Virus record (IMG/VR): IMGVR_UViG_3300032314_000455
Coordinates: 1-38,220 of that record
Source: a virus
Lineage: Duplodnaviria > Caudoviricetes
Strand: one strand, 5' to 3'
DNA length: 38,220 nt
Made by a program: the position numbers and the translations under genes. Positions 8,714 through 16,538 of the stretch are shown here, piece by piece. Position 1 is the stretch's first letter; every line of letters begins with the position of its first letter. Under the pieces are notes generated by a model. That model saw only the letters and a program-made list of their open reading frames with translations. It ran no database searches and was not told the DNA's origin.

Positions 8714-9436
8714 ATGGATTGGAAAGAGCGGTTAAGAGTTCAATGTGATTTGAGTTCTCAAGCTAATGTAGCAAAAAAATTGGGTGTTTCTACTACTTTA
8801 GTTGCTGAGTGTTTGGCTGGGAGACATAAGGCAAAGACGACAAAATTACAAGCTCTGGTGCTGGAAAAGTTTCCAGAAATTCCAGAGGTTGACAATGATT
8901 TTGATTGGCAGGGACAAGTCAAGCATTATTGCAATTTATATTCTATTCCTGCCATAGCTAAGATTTTGGGTGTTAGTAATTCAGTTCTCCATATCATCTG
9001 TCGTGGTGCATACAACCCCAAAAGGTCTAAATTGAAAACTTTGGTGTTGGTGAAGTTAAATAATTTGGAGGAAAAGGTACAGGAAATAGATTTAAGAATT
9101 CCTGTAAAAATCTCAAGGTTTGATAAGGCGGTTTTAGGTGTGGTTGATGCAATTTTTTGTGCGGATATCATTTCCTATCAGGAATTGAGAGAAAGTTTTG
9201 ATAAGCACGTATTGTCAAGAACTTTAAACTATTTAATTGCTAGAAACTTAATATCTGTACTGAGGACAGAGAAGGAATTTTTTAAGCATGGAAGACCTGG
9301 GGACAACAGAATCTTTAAGTTGGCGTGCAATTGTTCTTCACCGGGGATTGGTGAGAACTGTGGGAGTTGTCCTTTAGGTCAAGAAATTGCTCGGATTGAA
9401 GGTGGATATTTGGAGGATCTAGCAGATGCTTGTTAG
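8714..9436 (+). CDS. tandem Cro-like HTH protein with Cys-rich C-terminus
   Basis: Two internal repeats (DW...C...S...AK.LGVS...G....K..KL..LVL.K); C-terminal CNC...CGSC; AGGAGG RBS. Confidence 0.75.
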   Translation: MDWKERLRVQCDLSSQANVAKKLGVSTTLVAECLAGRHKAKTTKLQALVLEKFPEIPEVDNDFDWQGQVKHYCNLYSIPAIAKILGVSNSVLHIICRGAYNPKRSKLKTLVLVKLNNLEEKVQEIDLRIPVKISRFDKAVLGVVDAIFCADIISYQELRESFDKHVLSRTLNYLIARNLISVLRTEKEFFKHGRPGDNRIFKLACNCSSPGIGENCGSCPLGQEIARIEGGYLEDLADAC

Positions 9437-9881
9437 TTCTAACATTTTCACCTTGGCAGAGTTAAGAGCTAAATGTTCATCTCGTCTGAGCGGGTTTTCT
9501 AAAAAGGATATTAAGCATTATGGGCGGGTTGATTGTGGTGTTCTGAGAGATGAACTCAATAAGCTTGTTAATGAGCTTGTTGATAGTGGAATAAAAATAC
9601 AAAATGATGATTTGACTAATGCTTTTTATTCCTGTGTTTATGAAATTGAACACGAGGTAGTGATTTTACCAAATGCTTTGATTGCTCCCAAGATTAGTCT
9701 CTCTAATCCAGTGTTGGCAAGGCTAAATAGATACACTCACAACTATCCTTATGTATCTATGTTTTTGTATCAAGCAAATGGTAGTTACTGTCTCCAAAGA
9801 CAATCTGTAATTAGAGATTTGAGTGAATTTTTTTTGGTACTACCAAAAGACCCTTTAGCACACAAGAGGTGGTTTAAATGA
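9426..9881 (+). CDS. hypothetical protein
   Basis: GGAGG RBS; overlaps both neighbours. Confidence 0.65.
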   Translation: MLVSSNIFTLAELRAKCSSRLSGFSKKDIKHYGRVDCGVLRDELNKLVNELVDSGIKIQNDDLTNAFYSCVYEIEHEVVILPNALIAPKISLSNPVLARLNRYTHNYPYVSMFLYQANGSYCLQRQSVIRDLSEFFLVLPKDPLAHKRWFK

Positions 9882-10087
9882 CTGAGTTGCAAGTTGGGGC
9901 ATATTATACAGCACAGGTGTTTAAATCCTACTTGGATTCTTTGGGTGAGGATGAGTTGAAAAAGGTCTCCTATGAGCTATTTGTGTATTTACAAAATAGT
10001 CGCGCTTTGAATGTTTTTCTCAAGGCTGAATTCAATAAGTTGGATTCTAGAAATGCAGTAGTAAGTGGATTTGTAGAGCTTGGTTGA
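9878..10087 (+). CDS. small helical protein, possible divergent NblA-like
   Basis: ATGA coupling; ungapped hydrophobic-pattern match to NblA by eye; the ORF is likely real but the NblA call is tentative. Confidence 0.45.
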   Translation: MTELQVGAYYTAQVFKSYLDSLGEDELKKVSYELFVYLQNSRALNVFLKAEFNKLDSRNAVVSGFVELG

Positions 10088-10175
10088 TTTTGCGATGCAG
10101 GGGTTACACATGAGGGTTTACGCCGTAAACCCCTACAAATTAAGGGTTTAATTGGTTTGAAAATTAAGGAGTGTT

Positions 10176-10661
10176 ATGAAATTTGTTACTTTACGATTAC
10201 CCAGTGAATTGCCTAGTTGGTGTTTTTGTGAGAAGGGATTGGGTGAGGAATATATTTGCAAGATTGAATGGAATGATGAGCTATTGGAGGCTTTGGGGAA
10301 AGATTTTGATCCGGTGCCAGATATTAAAGAAGAATTGAATTGCTGGGGCTTTGGATATGTAGGTTGGATAAGTACAAATTTTAGGATTAAGAAAGATTGC
10401 TATCTAAGTGATCTGAATTTGACTTTTCCTGAAGGGATTCCTTTTAGAAGTGTTTTACCGTCTATTGTTGTCAATCAGAAATATTGCTTTGTGATTAATT
10501 TTGAAATCTTGAATAAGAAACAACAGGGATGGGCTAAATACGCTTATGAAGGCGACAAAGTCCCAGTTGCACTTTATGCGTTATTGGCAGTAAATAATTT
10601 GGCTGCTGTTCCTGTTGATTTGGTGGAGGAAATTAAGCAACCTGCATTAACTACCGCCTGA
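10176..10661 (+). CDS. hypothetical protein
   Basis: AAGGAG RBS; 161 aa; its stop codon lies within the hammerhead core. Confidence 0.7.
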   Translation: MKFVTLRLPSELPSWCFCEKGLGEEYICKIEWNDELLEALGKDFDPVPDIKEELNCWGFGYVGWISTNFRIKKDCYLSDLNLTFPEGIPFRSVLPSIVVNQKYCFVINFEILNKKQQGWAKYAYEGDKVPVALYALLAVNNLAAVPVDLVEEIKQPALTTA

Positions 10662-10720
10662 TGAGTTCTGTCTGACCCGCAGACGAAATAGGGGCTTATG
10701 CCTCTATCGCGGATTGGGTC
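10654..10720 (+). ncRNA. type I hammerhead self-cleaving ribozyme with loop II / 3'-tail pseudoknot
   Basis: Stem I CCGC/GCGG; CUGAUGA 10658-10664; stem II 10665-10684; GAAA 10685-10688; stem III UAGGGGC/GCCUCUA; AUC cleavage triplet (C10708); GACCC (10674-78) pairs with GGGUC (10716-20). Confidence 0.9.
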
Positions 10721-10799
10721 TAACAATTCGTAAATGTCTGATAGCGTAGCGTGGCGTAAGCCATATCAGGATGTCCAGGATTTAAGGATTAACAGGATT

Positions 10800-11081
10800 A
10801 TGAAACAACTTGATGTTAGTGATGAAGTGCGAAGTAACGCTGTGGAGATATATGCCGGGTTGGAGGTAGAGGATGGTAGACCCTATAGATCAGCTAACGG
10901 GACTGAGGGAGATATTTTTTGTGCGCGGTGGTGTTGTCAGTGCATTCACGATGATTATGAAAAAGGGCTATATTGCAAAATTTTGATTGAATCTTTCTGT
11001 GGTCAAGCTGAAGAGTGGATTTACCAAGAAAATAAGCCACTCTGCACAGCTTTTGAAAGAAGAAAATCGGAGGAAAAATGA
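10800..11081 (+). CDS. Cys-rich (putative Zn-binding) phage hypothetical protein
   Basis: PY.SANGTEG..F...WC.QC..D......C.I...W......P.CTAF; start moved to the ATG after the AGGAT repeat. Confidence 0.7.
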   Translation: MKQLDVSDEVRSNAVEIYAGLEVEDGRPYRSANGTEGDIFCARWCCQCIHDDYEKGLYCKILIESFCGQAEEWIYQENKPLCTAFERRKSEEK

Positions 11082-11130
11082 CCACACCAGAAAGATATGT
11101 CTGAATCAGGATTTAAGGACTAATAGAATT

Positions 11131-11347
11131 ATGAGTTTTAATTAAAGAAACTCTTGATTTTCTAGGTAGTAATGGAGAAACAGAACAACACATACTAAGG
11201 CATTTTGTTCATGAGCGCTTACCAAACCAGGAAGTTGATGGATTGATTAATTTATTGATTAGTGCCGAATTAATTCAGTTGAATAACACCAATTATTCAG
11301 GAGAATTCGGAGATTTCAAGATACATCCTCGACTTGTTTGGTTTTGA
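11131..11347 (+). pseudogene. probable frameshifted small ORF (not in ORF track)
   Basis: 68 open codons at 11141-11347 (IKETLDFLGSNG...HPRLVWF) with no start; the ATG at 11131 is one base out of frame across a TTTT run. Confidence 0.45.
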
Positions 11348-11372
11348 TTTAACTGTATTACGGAGAGAAGAA

Positions 11373-11834
11373 ATGGGTGAAGCTAAACGAAGGAAGCAAT
11401 TGTTAGGATTTGGCTATGGAAAGACTAAGATGTTTTTCCAAGAATTTGCTTGGGCTTCACTAAGTATTCTACACAAGCATAATTTTAAGCAAGCAATACT
11501 GAAAATGCAGTTTGATAGGGAAATATTTACTGTTTCTCCAGTTTTTATTACATCCTTGACAGACTTAGATGAAGTATTTCTTAATTCTGTGGAAATTGAG
11601 TGCAACAAGATTAAAGATCATTCATCTGTGCTGCCTGTGCTGATAGTTCCAGCAAATAAAAATACAGGCGTGTTTTTTGGATTTGATACTAGTTCTTGGG
11701 CAATTGTTAATTGCTTGATGGCGCAAAGCTTTGATCAAGGATTAATGCACAGATTAATGAATTCAGAATTTTATGCCTGGGTTGATTCTGCTGATAAGAA
11801 AGTGCGGTTAAAGTTTTGCGAGGAGGGATCATGA
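11373..11834 (+). CDS. hypothetical protein with MGEAKRRK N-terminus
   Basis: GGAGAG RBS; N-terminal motif familiar from cyanobacterial and phage hypotheticals. Confidence 0.7.
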   Translation: MGEAKRRKQLLGFGYGKTKMFFQEFAWASLSILHKHNFKQAILKMQFDREIFTVSPVFITSLTDLDEVFLNSVEIECNKIKDHSSVLPVLIVPANKNTGVFFGFDTSSWAIVNCLMAQSFDQGLMHRLMNSEFYAWVDSADKKVRLKFCEEGS

Positions 11835-12469
11835 TTACTCCAGAACGAGTTTTGCTGACGCTCCAAGACAATAAGGGAGCAAAGAACGGATTACGGGCTA
11901 AGGACTTAGTTGAATTGCTTACAGGTCATCCTGCTACGTCCTCTGATGAAAGATATTTGCGTCAGGTTGTGTCTGCACTCAGAATTCAGGGATTCCCAAT
12001 TTTAGCTACTCCTGAAAGGGGCTATTACTGGCCTACAGATGTTTCTGAAATTCATTCAGCTTGTTTTTGGCTGCATAAACGAGCGATGACTCATTTATGG
12101 ACTGTTTCTAAGTTGAAGCGGTTTGGAATTCCGATGTTGGCTGGACAGTTGAGTTTGCCGCTTCCTGTGGTAATTCCGGCTATTCCCAAGATGGATAAAC
12201 AGGACAAAGAGGAAGAGGTAAAAGAGCAAATCAAAGCCATTTTTATGCTTGTTCCTGAAGATGTTTATGAGGTGGTGCAAATGATTGGGATCAGGACTGG
12301 GAAAACAGAGGAAGAGATAGCTAGTACGGCTTTAGCTGTTTATGTTAGTGGGTTACAAGCGGTGTTGAAGGATATGGGTGAGGAGCATGACTACAGAGGA
12401 AGCGGCAGAGATAAGGAAAAAGTTGCTGGCGCGGGTACACATTCTGAAGAAGGAGGCGGGGCTGGATGA
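11831..12469 (+). CDS. winged-HTH DNA-binding protein of Mu-like prophages
   Basis: G.KNGLRAKDL...ERYLRQVVSALRIQGFPI......GYYW; ATGA coupling. Confidence 0.75.
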   Translation: MITPERVLLTLQDNKGAKNGLRAKDLVELLTGHPATSSDERYLRQVVSALRIQGFPILATPERGYYWPTDVSEIHSACFWLHKRAMTHLWTVSKLKRFGIPMLAGQLSLPLPVVIPAIPKMDKQDKEEEVKEQIKAIFMLVPEDVYEVVQMIGIRTGKTEEEIASTALAVYVSGLQAVLKDMGEEHDYRGSGRDKEKVAGAGTHSEEGGGAG

Positions 12470-12800
12470 TGAGATGTATAGATTTTTGTTGCAGGAACGG
12501 TTTGAGACGGATTCTGCTAAAAATCTGTCTCACGAACAATTAGACCAGTTTGTTTCTGAGTTGGCAACTTACAAAAAAATGGAAAGCAAGATTCCTGAAC
12601 AGAATAAGTTGATTTTCTCGCTATGGAGCCAGTTGCTTGAACAGGGAAAGATACGGAGTGGTAGCCGCCAATCTTTAAACCGATGGATAAAACGTCAGTG
12701 TGGGGTGGAACGGATAGAGTGGCTCAAGTCCAGTCAGAAGTCGAAGTTGATCGAGGCTCTAAAGACTTGGATCGCAAGACAGAAGCCAGGTTCAGAATAG
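12387..12800 (+). CDS. gemA: Mu gp16 / GemA (DUF1018) family protein
   Basis: LLARVHILKKEAGLDDEMYR.LL......SAKNL...LIFSLW..L...L..WIKR..GV....WL......LIEALK.W. Confidence 0.88.
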   Translation: MTTEEAAEIRKKLLARVHILKKEAGLDDEMYRFLLQERFETDSAKNLSHEQLDQFVSELATYKKMESKIPEQNKLIFSLWSQLLEQGKIRSGSRQSLNRWIKRQCGVERIEWLKSSQKSKLIEALKTWIARQKPGSE

Positions 12801-12940
12801 GGCAGCGGGCTACTTGGAAGAATGCGCCGGGGTGGTGGAATCCGCAGGGTGAGGAAATTTATGAGGTTGGGGACGATTTTGTACGGTTGCACTATGGGGG
12901 GTTGGCGATTCCGTTTTCGGAAGTAATAATTTTGGACTAA
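12683..12940 (+). CDS. hypothetical protein (C-terminal SH3-like strand pattern); start uncertain
   Basis: Fills the gap after gemA; FRIGQRATW...I.EV..DFVRL...IPFSEV; long overlap with gemA. Confidence 0.4.
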   Translation: MDKTSVWGGTDRVAQVQSEVEVDRGSKDLDRKTEARFRIGQRATWKNAPGWWNPQGEEIYEVGDDFVRLHYGGLAIPFSEVIILD

Positions 12941-13073
12941 TTGCAGGGGTTTAGCGTTGCTAGACCTTATTTTATTGTCTATAATACATATATACCAGTA
13001 TTGCTTTATGGGGTTGGTTACTTCTACCTGAAAGCAAAAATTATTGATTGATATTATTGATTTGATTAAAATC

Positions 13074-13526
13074 ATGAAATTAGCCAATTATATTGATTCT
13101 GTCCTGCCGGAGGATATTGAACAATGTCGAAATTCTCAGATTAAGCAGATTTATTATCAAGTTGGCTTTGATTGTGTTTTGGGATTGATAAAAATAGCCC
13201 ATACTAAACTTAACCAAGGAAAGGGTAAGAATTACAAAGGCATTCATCTTTATGTGCCAAATGGGTTTATCCCCGAACATGAGTTGGCCATTCATTGCGG
13301 AAAGATAGCTATGATGGCTTTGTGTGATTTATACGCTGGATTATACATTCGGCTTTATAAAGCACAATCTATTTTAATTTCCTGTCGGAATCGCCAAATT
13401 ATAGATATATATCAGCAGGATTTTCCTGTTAAGAAGGAAGGGGTATTTTTGGAGTTAGCAGATAATTTTCAGGTAAGACCCGCTCATATTAAAAAAATCG
13501 TGTCACATGGTTTGAAAAATGCCTAA
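13074..13526 (+). CDS. Mor/C-family transcription activator
   Basis: LP...I...VG...L......G..LYVP....EH.L....G......L...YAG..I.......RNRQI...ELA..F.V....I.KIV; position before terminase. Confidence 0.8.
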   Translation: MKLANYIDSVLPEDIEQCRNSQIKQIYYQVGFDCVLGLIKIAHTKLNQGKGKNYKGIHLYVPNGFIPEHELAIHCGKIAMMALCDLYAGLYIRLYKAQSILISCRNRQIIDIYQQDFPVKKEGVFLELADNFQVRPAHIKKIVSHGLKNA

Positions 13527-14076
13527 ACCCTCTTTGGTCAGTCAGTTGCCGCAAGAAATCCAGCGGAAATTAGATCAGGAATTAATTACGAATGGCTTTT
13601 CTAACTATGCTGGGTTGGCAGATTGGTTGGGTAATGAGGGATTTACAATTTCTCCTTCTTCAATTCACCGCTACGGCAAGGATTTTAAGGCTAAGGTTGA
13701 AAATATTAAGTTGTTGACGGCACAGGCTAAGGCTATTGTTGAAAATGTTGGTGATGATGATAATGCGGTGGGTGAGGCTTTAAGCACCTTGGCTCAAAGT
13801 AAGTTGTTTGATTTGTTATTGAAAATTGATATAGATTCTGAGTTGGATGGTGAGGAAGGGGAAGGGAAGAAAAATGTGGATTTTCTGGGGTTAGTTAGGG
13901 CTGTTTCTCAGTTAAATAGAAGTTCGGTAACTGTGAAGAAGTTCAGGGAAGAAATGAAGGAGAAGGCACGGAAGGCGATGGATATTATTAAGAATGAAAT
14001 TAAGAATAAGGGTGGAGTTTCCGCGCAAACTATTCATGATGTAGAAGTTATTTTAGGTATTGCCGATGGAAGTTAA
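13519..14076 (+). CDS. Mu gp27-like (DUF3486) small terminase subunit
   Basis: S.V.QLP.EI...LD..L...GFS.Y..LA.WL...GF.IS.SSIHRYG. Confidence 0.9.
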   Translation: MPKPSLVSQLPQEIQRKLDQELITNGFSNYAGLADWLGNEGFTISPSSIHRYGKDFKAKVENIKLLTAQAKAIVENVGDDDNAVGEALSTLAQSKLFDLLLKIDIDSELDGEEGEGKKNVDFLGLVRAVSQLNRSSVTVKKFREEMKEKARKAMDIIKNEIKNKGGVSAQTIHDVEVILGIADGS

Positions 14077-15394
14077 GAAAGGGTATTTTTTGCCCTATCA
14101 GGTGCGTTGGATTCAGGATCAGTCGCGGTTGAAGATTGCGGAGAAGTCACGGCGGGTTGGTTGGACTTATGTGCAGTCTTACGAGGATGTGAAGGATGCT
14201 GTACGGGCTGATGAGCCGATGGATGTGTGGTTTTCGTCGGCGGATATGTCGGCGGCGCGGGAATATATTCGGTATTGTGAGCAGTGGACGCGGGTGTTTA
14301 AGGTGGCCGCTGAGTCTTTAGGTGAGGTGGTGATTGATAGGGAAGATGATATTAAGGCGTTTGTAATTGAGTTTGCCAGTGGTAAGCGGATTCACGCTTT
14401 GAGTAGTAATCCGACTGGTTTTAGGTCTAAGGGTGGGAAAGTGATTTTGGATGAGTTTGCTAAACACCAACAACAGGATGAGTTATGGCAGGCGGCTATG
14501 CCTACGATTACCTGGGGTTTTCCATTGCGGATCATTTCTACTTATAACGGTAAAAGTAATCGTTATTACCGGATGGTGGAGGATGCTAGGAGGGGGAATA
14601 GGTGGAGGTTGCACAGTACAAATATTGTTCAGGCTGTTGATGAGGGGTTGGCGGATAAGATTTTGAAGCGGAAGTTAACGCCCCAGGAGCGACAAGATTG
14701 GTTGGATGAACTCAGGGAAAATGCTGGGGATGAGGAAACTTGGCAGCAGGAATATATGTGTAATCCTGTGGATGAGGCTACGGCGTGGTTGTCTTGGGAT
14801 TTGATTGAGGGTTGTGTTGATAAGGCTGCGGGGATTCCTAAGTTTTATGAGGGGGGTTTGTGTTATGTGGGGATGGATATAGCGAGACGCAGAAATTTAA
14901 CTGTGATTTGGGTAAATGAGCGGCTTGGGGATGTGTTGTGGTGTCGTGAGGTGGTAAGTCTCAAGAATGCAACTTTTAAGGAGCAGGACGCGAAGTTAGA
15001 TGAGGTGATGCGTCGTTATAAGGTTGCTAAGTTGTGCATTGACCAAGGGGGGATGGGAGAAAGGAGTACGGAAGAATATATTGATTTATATGGGCATTAT
15101 CGGACTGAGGGGATTATTTTTTCTGCTCCTATTAAGCAGGTGTTGGCGGTGGAGGGGAAGCAGCGGTTTGAGGATAGGTTGATTAGGATTCCTGATGATA
15201 AGGCAATTAAGGCTGCTCATCATGCGGTACGGAAGTTTACGACTGTGGCGGGGAATGCGCGGTTTGATGCTGATGATGATTCTGAGGTGGGTCACGCGGA
15301 TGAATTTTGGGCTAATATGTTGTCAATTCATGCGGCGATGGGGGTTAAGAATTCCATGCCGGCTATGGCTTCTGCGGAGTTTGATTGTTGGTGA
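14066..15394 (+). CDS. Mu gp28-like large terminase subunit
   Basis: FLPYQ.RW..D.SRLKI.EKSRRVGWT (Walker A variant); VILDEFA; QEYMC; VGMDIAR nuclease motif; GHADEFWA. Confidence 0.93.
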   Translation: MEVKKGYFLPYQVRWIQDQSRLKIAEKSRRVGWTYVQSYEDVKDAVRADEPMDVWFSSADMSAAREYIRYCEQWTRVFKVAAESLGEVVIDREDDIKAFVIEFASGKRIHALSSNPTGFRSKGGKVILDEFAKHQQQDELWQAAMPTITWGFPLRIISTYNGKSNRYYRMVEDARRGNRWRLHSTNIVQAVDEGLADKILKRKLTPQERQDWLDELRENAGDEETWQQEYMCNPVDEATAWLSWDLIEGCVDKAAGIPKFYEGGLCYVGMDIARRRNLTVIWVNERLGDVLWCREVVSLKNATFKEQDAKLDEVMRRYKVAKLCIDQGGMGERSTEEYIDLYGHYRTEGIIFSAPIKQVLAVEGKQRFEDRLIRIPDDKAIKAAHHAVRKFTTVAGNARFDADDDSEVGHADEFWANMLSIHAAMGVKNSMPAMASAEFDCW

Positions 15395-15413
15395 TTAATT
15401 GGTCTGTGGGCGC

Positions 15414-15442
15414 AAAAAAGGGGTTTACGCCGTAAACCCCTT
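15414..15442 (-). terminator. intrinsic terminator between convergent terL and PAS gene
   Basis: AAGGGGTTTACG-c-CGTAAACCCCTT hairpin followed by a T6 run on the minus strand. Confidence 0.65.
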
Positions 15443-15472
15443 GTATCGTAATAAGGAGAGAAAAGAGTTAAG

Positions 15473-16522
15473 TTAGTGGGACTTTCTGGCAAGTTTGTTG
15501 ACCCAGTAGCCTTTTTGCCAGGTTTCGGCATCTTCAACGATTGTGATTATTTCTTCAGTACCAAAAATTGGTGAGACGCTGACGTTGAATTTCCACAGGC
15601 AATCATTTTTCGGGTCTTCATAGGTATACGAGTAGGTTTCACATTGTCCATGCGCTAAGGCTCGTTTGATGTGGTAGATGCGCGGTTCGGAAATTTGCGG
15701 GTCTACGATGCTGGCTGGGTAGCCGATTAGCTCTTCTCTGGGTTTGTTCAATCTTTCGGCGATATCTACGCACAAGTCAAGATAAATAAATCCGTTGGCT
15801 TCGTTGCTGTCGTGCAAGGTTACGGCTACGGATGAAGCACCGATAGCTTGCAGCAAGGGCTGGTGTTTTTGAGCGCGTTTGATGATTTCAAGATTTTCTG
15901 GCATAATCACCGGGATTTTAATAGGTGAAATGGTGGTTAAATCAATGGATGTGTGCAAAAATCCATAAGTTTGTCCTTTGAGTTTCAAGCTTACTCTACT
16001 TGATAAGTTTGATGCTCTGAGGACTGTTCTGAGAGATGACTGCATTTCCCATATTTTGCGGGCAATACTCTCGTTGTTGCCACAATCAATCAAGATTTCA
16101 CTATTTTCGCTTTTGCCAATTACAAATACGGAAGTACGTAATAGGGGTTCGGCAATGTCAGGAAAACAACTAAATAATGTTCGGATTGCGGTTTTGTCCA
16201 ATAGTAGTTCGGTGTGTTCTAGTCCTTGGATTAGTTCTAGCTCATCTTCACGGAAGTGGGTTAATAAGGGGCAATTCTGTACGGCGAATTGACTATCCGA
16301 TTCTTCGTAGGTTGTGAGGACTGCATAAATCCAGCCTGTTCCGTCAAGCTGTAATTCGTTGCCTGAGTTGAATAAGTCAGACCATAGTTGGTGTTGGTAT
16401 TGGTAGCCAAAAACTGTTCCTTCTAACAGGTAGTTGCCGTTGGTGTCGGGAAGGATGCTTTGAACTCTGTCGCCTAAGTTGAATTTGCGGAAGGGTAGGT
16501 TGACCAGTGGGAAGTTTTTCAT
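15473..16522 (-). CDS. protein with N-terminal DUF1392/SH3-like domain and C-terminal PAS fold
   Basis: FNLGDRV...G.VFG..Y...GW.Y.V...FREDELEL; C-terminal KPREELIG...I.RAL..G...TY.Y......F.V.VSPI.....I..IVED; AGGAG RBS before ATG 16522. Confidence 0.75.
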   Translation of the reverse strand: MKNFPLVNLPFRKFNLGDRVQSILPDTNGNYLLEGTVFGYQYQHQLWSDLFNSGNELQLDGTGWIYAVLTTYEESDSQFAVQNCPLLTHFREDELELIQGLEHTELLLDKTAIRTLFSCFPDIAEPLLRTSVFVIGKSENSEILIDCGNNESIARKIWEMQSSLRTVLRASNLSSRVSLKLKGQTYGFLHTSIDLTTISPIKIPVIMPENLEIIKRAQKHQPLLQAIGASSVAVTLHDSNEANGFIYLDLCVDIAERLNKPREELIGYPASIVDPQISEPRIYHIKRALAHGQCETYSYTYEDPKNDCLWKFNVSVSPIFGTEEIITIVEDAETWQKGYWVNKLARKSH

Positions 16523-16538
16523 GTTATGTACTCCTGGA

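Noticed and set aside
13502-13514. 13-mer GTCACATGGTTTG repeated at 22029-22041
   Set aside because: Exact 13-bp matches are expected by chance in 38 kb; the position near late starts is suggestive only
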